Of a stretch of 64,000 nt of DNA, positions 59,551 through 64,000 are shown in pieces. The DNA is from Burkholderiales bacterium. Lineage in GTDB: Bacteria > Pseudomonadota > Gammaproteobacteria > Burkholderiales > JACQAP01. A program made the translations under genes and the position numbers. The stretch lies in assembly GCA_035549715.1 (NCBI GenBank), contig DASZQJ010000166.1:11544-75543 (forward strand), in the 5' to 3' direction. The notes under the pieces were generated by a model. The model ran no database searches. It saw nothing but the letters and a program-made list of their open reading frames with translations, and had not been told where the DNA came from. How positions within the stretch are numbered: position 1 is the stretch's first letter; each line of letters opens with the position of its first letter.

Positions 59551-60989
59551 CGCATGTAAAAGCGCACGAACTCGGCATAGTTGTCGACGGCCAATCGCTC
59601 GTCGATGCCGTGGTAGCGCTTGAGGTCCTCGCGCGCGAGCCGCGCGGGCAGGAAGCGGAACAGGTTGTCGGCAATGCCGATGAAGTGCCGGGTGTCCGTC
59701 GCCCCCGCCACCAGGGACGGCGCCACGATCGCATCGGGGAAAGTCGCGGCGATCGCGCGGTGCAGGCGCTGGAAGGCGGCGCCATTCGTGTCGGCGACCG
59801 GCGAGGGCTCGCTGCGCGAGCTTCCCGTCGGGCTCACCTTGACCCTGGCGTCGTTGATCACGGCCCGCACCCGCGCCAGCACGTCCTCGTTCCTCGTTCC
59901 CGGCAGCACGCGCAAGTTCACCACCGCCCGGGCCCGCATCGGCAGGACGTTCTCCTTGATGCTGCCCTCGAGCATTGTCGGCGCGATGGTGGTGCGCAGC
60001 ATGGCCGCGGTAGGTGGCGCCTTTTCCATCTGCGCGCGTACCAGCGGCGCGAACAGCCACAGGTTGGAAAATACGATGCGCCGCGCCAGCCCCTGTTCGG
60101 GCCCCAGGTAGTCGAACTGCCGGCGCACCGGCTCCGGCAGTCGGGCCGGAAACGGGGAGGCTTCCAGGCGCGCGATGGCGGCGGCGAGAATGCCGACCGG
60201 GGTGTGCCGGGGCGGCATCGACGAATGCCCGCCTTCGGATTCGACCAGCAATTCCAGGCTGAGGTAGCCCTTCTCCGCGATGCCGACCAGGGCCACCGGC
60301 CGGTCGAAGCCCGGCACGATCCCCGTCGTGACGACCTGCCCTTCGTCGAGCACCGATTCGAGGCGCACGCCGCGGCTTGCCAGACGCTCGGCGATTTTCT
60401 CCGCGCCCTGGCGGCCGCCGACCTCCTCGTCGTGGCCGAATGCGAAATACACCGTGCGGGCGGGCCGGAATCCCTGCGCGAGCAGCGCTTCGACCGCTTC
60501 GTGCAGGGCAACCAGGCTGCCCTTGTCGTCGATCGTGCCCCGGCCCCAGACGAAGCCTTCGGCGATGTCTCCGGAGAACGGCGACCGGCTCCATTTGTCC
60601 AGGCTGGCGGGGTCGACCGGCACCACGTCCTGGTGCGCCATCAGCAGGATCGGCTTCAGCGACGGATCGCCGCCTTTCCACTCGTAGAGCAGGCTGTGGC
60701 CGTTGACCTTTTCCCTGGCAAGGCCGGCGCGCACGCGTGGATAGGCGCGTTCCAGGAAGGCATGCAGGCGGTCGAACTCCATGCCCGGGAACCGGGCGGG
60801 ATCCTGGTGGGAGATCGTTTGCAGGCGCACCACCTCCGCAAGCCGGCGCGCGGCGGCCGTCCCATCCGGAGCCTGCTCGGAACCCGCCGGCACGACGATC
60901 TGCCGGCTGCCGAAACGCAGCGTATTGGCCGCGATCGCGATTGCCATCGCCACCACGACGGCCACCAGGACCAGCGACAGCTTCTTCAT
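59523..60989 (-). CDS. M20-family metallopeptidase (membrane-anchored/exported)
   Basis: 488-aa ORF with an N-terminal hydrophobic anchor (MKKLSLVLVAVVVAMAIAIA). M20 motifs are present (LLMAHQDVVP, FGHDEEVGG, GGHSS). Confidence 0.85.
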   Translation of the reverse strand: MKKLSLVLVAVVVAMAIAIAANTLRFGSRQIVVPAGSEQAPDGTAAARRLAEVVRLQTISHQDPARFPGMEFDRLHAFLERAYPRVRAGLAREKVNGHSLLYEWKGGDPSLKPILLMAHQDVVPVDPASLDKWSRSPFSGDIAEGFVWGRGTIDDKGSLVALHEAVEALLAQGFRPARTVYFAFGHDEEVGGRQGAEKIAERLASRGVRLESVLDEGQVVTTGIVPGFDRPVALVGIAEKGYLSLELLVESEGGHSSMPPRHTPVGILAAAIARLEASPFPARLPEPVRRQFDYLGPEQGLARRIVFSNLWLFAPLVRAQMEKAPPTAAMLRTTIAPTMLEGSIKENVLPMRARAVVNLRVLPGTRNEDVLARVRAVINDARVKVSPTGSSRSEPSPVADTNGAAFQRLHRAIAATFPDAIVAPSLVAGATDTRHFIGIADNLFRFLPARLAREDLKRYHGIDERLAVDNYAEFVRFYMRYLREAGGA

Positions 60990-61042
60990 GGGGAGTGGGC
61001 GCGGAAGCGGCCGGGGCGGGCGGGCCTCATCGCGTCGCGCGC

Positions 61043-61348
61043 TCAGCGCCCGGCGGGATAGGCCGTGGGCGCCTGCGCCGGCTGGAGGAGCTGGAAGAAC
61101 ACCTCGTCCTGCCTGACCATGCCCAGTTCGGCGCGCGCGCGTTCCTCGATGGCGTCGTAGCCCTGCTTGAGGTCCTTGACCTCGGCGTCCAGCGCCGCGT
61201 TGCGCGCCGCGAGCTTCACGTTGGCCTCGCGCTGGGCCTCGATCTGGCCATTGAGGTCCCAGACGCGCAGCCAGCCGCCCTTGCCGAACCAGAGCGGGCT
61301 CTGGATCGCGGCGATCATCAGCACCAGGGCCAGGGCGAGCAGGCGCAT
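61043..61348 (-). CDS. ftsB: cell division protein FtsB
   Basis: The last 101 aa of ORF 61043..61546 start at ATG 61348 ([26 protein letters not shown]) and are followed by a coiled coil. The gene lies downstream of eno, as is typical. Confidence 0.85.
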   Translation of the reverse strand: MRLLALALVLMIAAIQSPLWFGKGGWLRVWDLNGQIEAQREANVKLAARNAALDAEVKDLKQGYDAIEERARAELGMVRQDEVFFQLLQPAQAPTAYPAGR

Positions 61349-61364
61349 GCCGGTCAGTCCTGTC

Positions 61365-62702
<1,338 letters not shown>

Positions 62703-63560
62703 TCAGGCCGGCCCGGCCCTGCCCATCAATGCGGTTTCCGCAAATTCCTGCTTCTTCACCAGTTCGTCCAGCGCCTTGAGCGTGGCGAGCAGCGGCTTCA
62801 TCATCGCCAGGGGCCACGCGTTGGGGCCGTCCGACAGGGCTTTCTCCGGATTCGGGTGGGTTTCCATGAACACGCCCGAGATGCCGGTGGCGATCGCCGC
62901 CCGTGCAAGGACGGGGACGAACTCGCGTTGCCCGCCGCTTCTCGTGCCCTGCCCCCCCGGCAGCTGCACCGAATGCGTCGCATCGAACACGACGGGACAT
63001 TGGGTCTCGCGCATGATCGCCAGGGAACGCATGTCCGAGACCAGGTTGTTGTAGCCGAAGGACACACCCCTCTCGCAGACCATGACGTTGTCCTGGCCGC
63101 TCGCCTCGCGCGCCTTTTCCACCACGTTCTTCATGTCGCCGGGGGCGAGGAACTGGCCCTTCTTGATGTTCACCGGGCGGCCGCTCGCCGCGACGGCATG
63201 GATGAAGTCCGTCTGGCGGCAAAGGAAGGCGGGCGTCTGCAGCACGTCGACGACCGCGGCCACGGCCGCGATCTCGTCCTCCGCGTGGACGTCCGTCAGC
63301 ACCGGCACGCCGATCCGCTTCTTCACGTCCGCCAGGATCTCGAGGCCCTTGTCCATGCCCAGGCCCCGGAAGGACTTGCCGGAGCTGCGGTTGGCCTTGT
63401 CGTAGGAGGACTTGTAGATGAACGGGATGCCGAGGGCGGCGGTGATTTCCCTCAGCTCGCCGGCGGTGTCCATCGCCATCTCGCGCGACTCCACCACGCA
63501 GGGGCCTGCTATGAGGAAAAACGGCCGCCTGAGCCCGACCTCGAACCCGCAGAGTTTCAC
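62703..63560 (-). CDS. kdsA: 3-deoxy-8-phosphooctulonate synthase
   Basis: 285-aa ORF with [23 protein letters not shown] and [12 protein letters not shown]. Confidence 0.95.
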   Translation of the reverse strand: MKLCGFEVGLRRPFFLIAGPCVVESREMAMDTAGELREITAALGIPFIYKSSYDKANRSSGKSFRGLGMDKGLEILADVKKRIGVPVLTDVHAEDEIAAVAAVVDVLQTPAFLCRQTDFIHAVAASGRPVNIKKGQFLAPGDMKNVVEKAREASGQDNVMVCERGVSFGYNNLVSDMRSLAIMRETQCPVVFDATHSVQLPGGQGTRSGGQREFVPVLARAAIATGISGVFMETHPNPEKALSDGPNAWPLAMMKPLLATLKALDELVKKQEFAETALMGRAGPA

Positions 63561-63564
63561 GGGC

Positions 63565-64000
63565 CTACCTCACGATGCTCGTGATCTTCGCCGCTTCGCG
63601 GGTCGCATTGCCCTGCGCCCGGGCCTGGCGGTGCGCCACGGCGGCGCGGATGAAGGCGGTGAACAGCGGATGCCCGTCGCGCGGCGTGGAGGTGAATTCC
63701 GGGTGGAACTGGCAACCGATGAACCAGGGATGGCCGGGCAGTTCCATCATTTCCGGCAGGTTCTCGCTGGGCGTGCGGGCCGACACCTTGTAACCCTTCG
63801 CCTCCAGCTGCGGCACATAGGCGTTGTTTACCTCGTACCGGTGGCGGTGGCGCTCGTTCACCTGCGCACCGTAGATTTTCGACGCCAGGGTGCCCGCCTC
63901 GACCGGGCAGGACTGGGCCCCCAGCCGCATCGTGCCGCCGAGGTCGGAGTCACCGCTGCGGCGCTCCACGCGTCCGGTGCGATCCAGCCATTCGGTGATC
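63565..64000 (-). CDS. pyrG: CTP synthase, C-terminal part (5' end beyond the window)
   Basis: The frame is open to the window edge. The C-terminal glutamine amidotransferase sequence is present ([29 protein letters not shown]). Confidence 0.9.
   Translation of the reverse strand, partial: ITEWLDRTGRVERRSGDSDLGGTMRLGAQSCPVEAGTLASKIYGAQVNERHRHRYEVNNAYVPQLEAKGYKVSARTPSENLPEMMELPGHPWFIGCQFHPEFTSTPRDGHPLFTAFIRAAVAHRQARAQGNATREAAKITSIVR

Overview
High-GC chromosomal segment whose gene content and synteny look betaproteobacterial (inference only). Block 1 (1-20.3 kb) is a co-directional minus-strand TCA super-cluster (gntR-sdhCDAB-sdhE-gltA-sucAB-lpdA). It faces mdh, a CitE-like lyase, the methylcitrate genes prpB-prpC-prpD and acnA on the plus strand. 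Block 2 (20.4-35.6 kb) holds housekeeping genes: a pseudouridine synthase with a coupled PIN protein, a nitroreductase, an AhpD-like protein, yciB-yciI-bolA-ppiC, purL, nnr and crcB. It is interrupted by an operon encoding a TonB-dependent receptor, an orphan periplasmic binding protein and a di-haem DUF1111 protein. Block 3 (35.6-53.9 kb) starts with an RND efflux system split over two divergent transcription units. A dense molybdenum locus follows: modA, a porin, modC, modB, a secreted beta-propeller, a short modE, moaE, moaD, mobB, moaA, a small RHH protein and moeA, with mobA displaced to 58.9 kb. The window ends with a minus-strand gene string (methyltransferase, secreted protein, carbonic anhydrase, SDR, OFA-type MFS), an M20 peptidase and ftsB-eno-kdsA-pyrG. 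I recognised no rRNA, tRNA, CRISPR array, transposase or integrase. The strongest non-obvious signal is a family of AT-rich palindromes, CGnTATAT-N8-ATATAnCG, which is the classical ModE (Mo-box) operator. Perfect copies flank a structured spacer next to modE. Good copies sit in front of modB, in front of the beta-propeller operon and, unexpectedly, in front of the TonB-dependent receptor operon. This points to a larger Mo (or W) acquisition regulon, parts of which appear undescribed. All family names come from reading the translations; no database search was possible.
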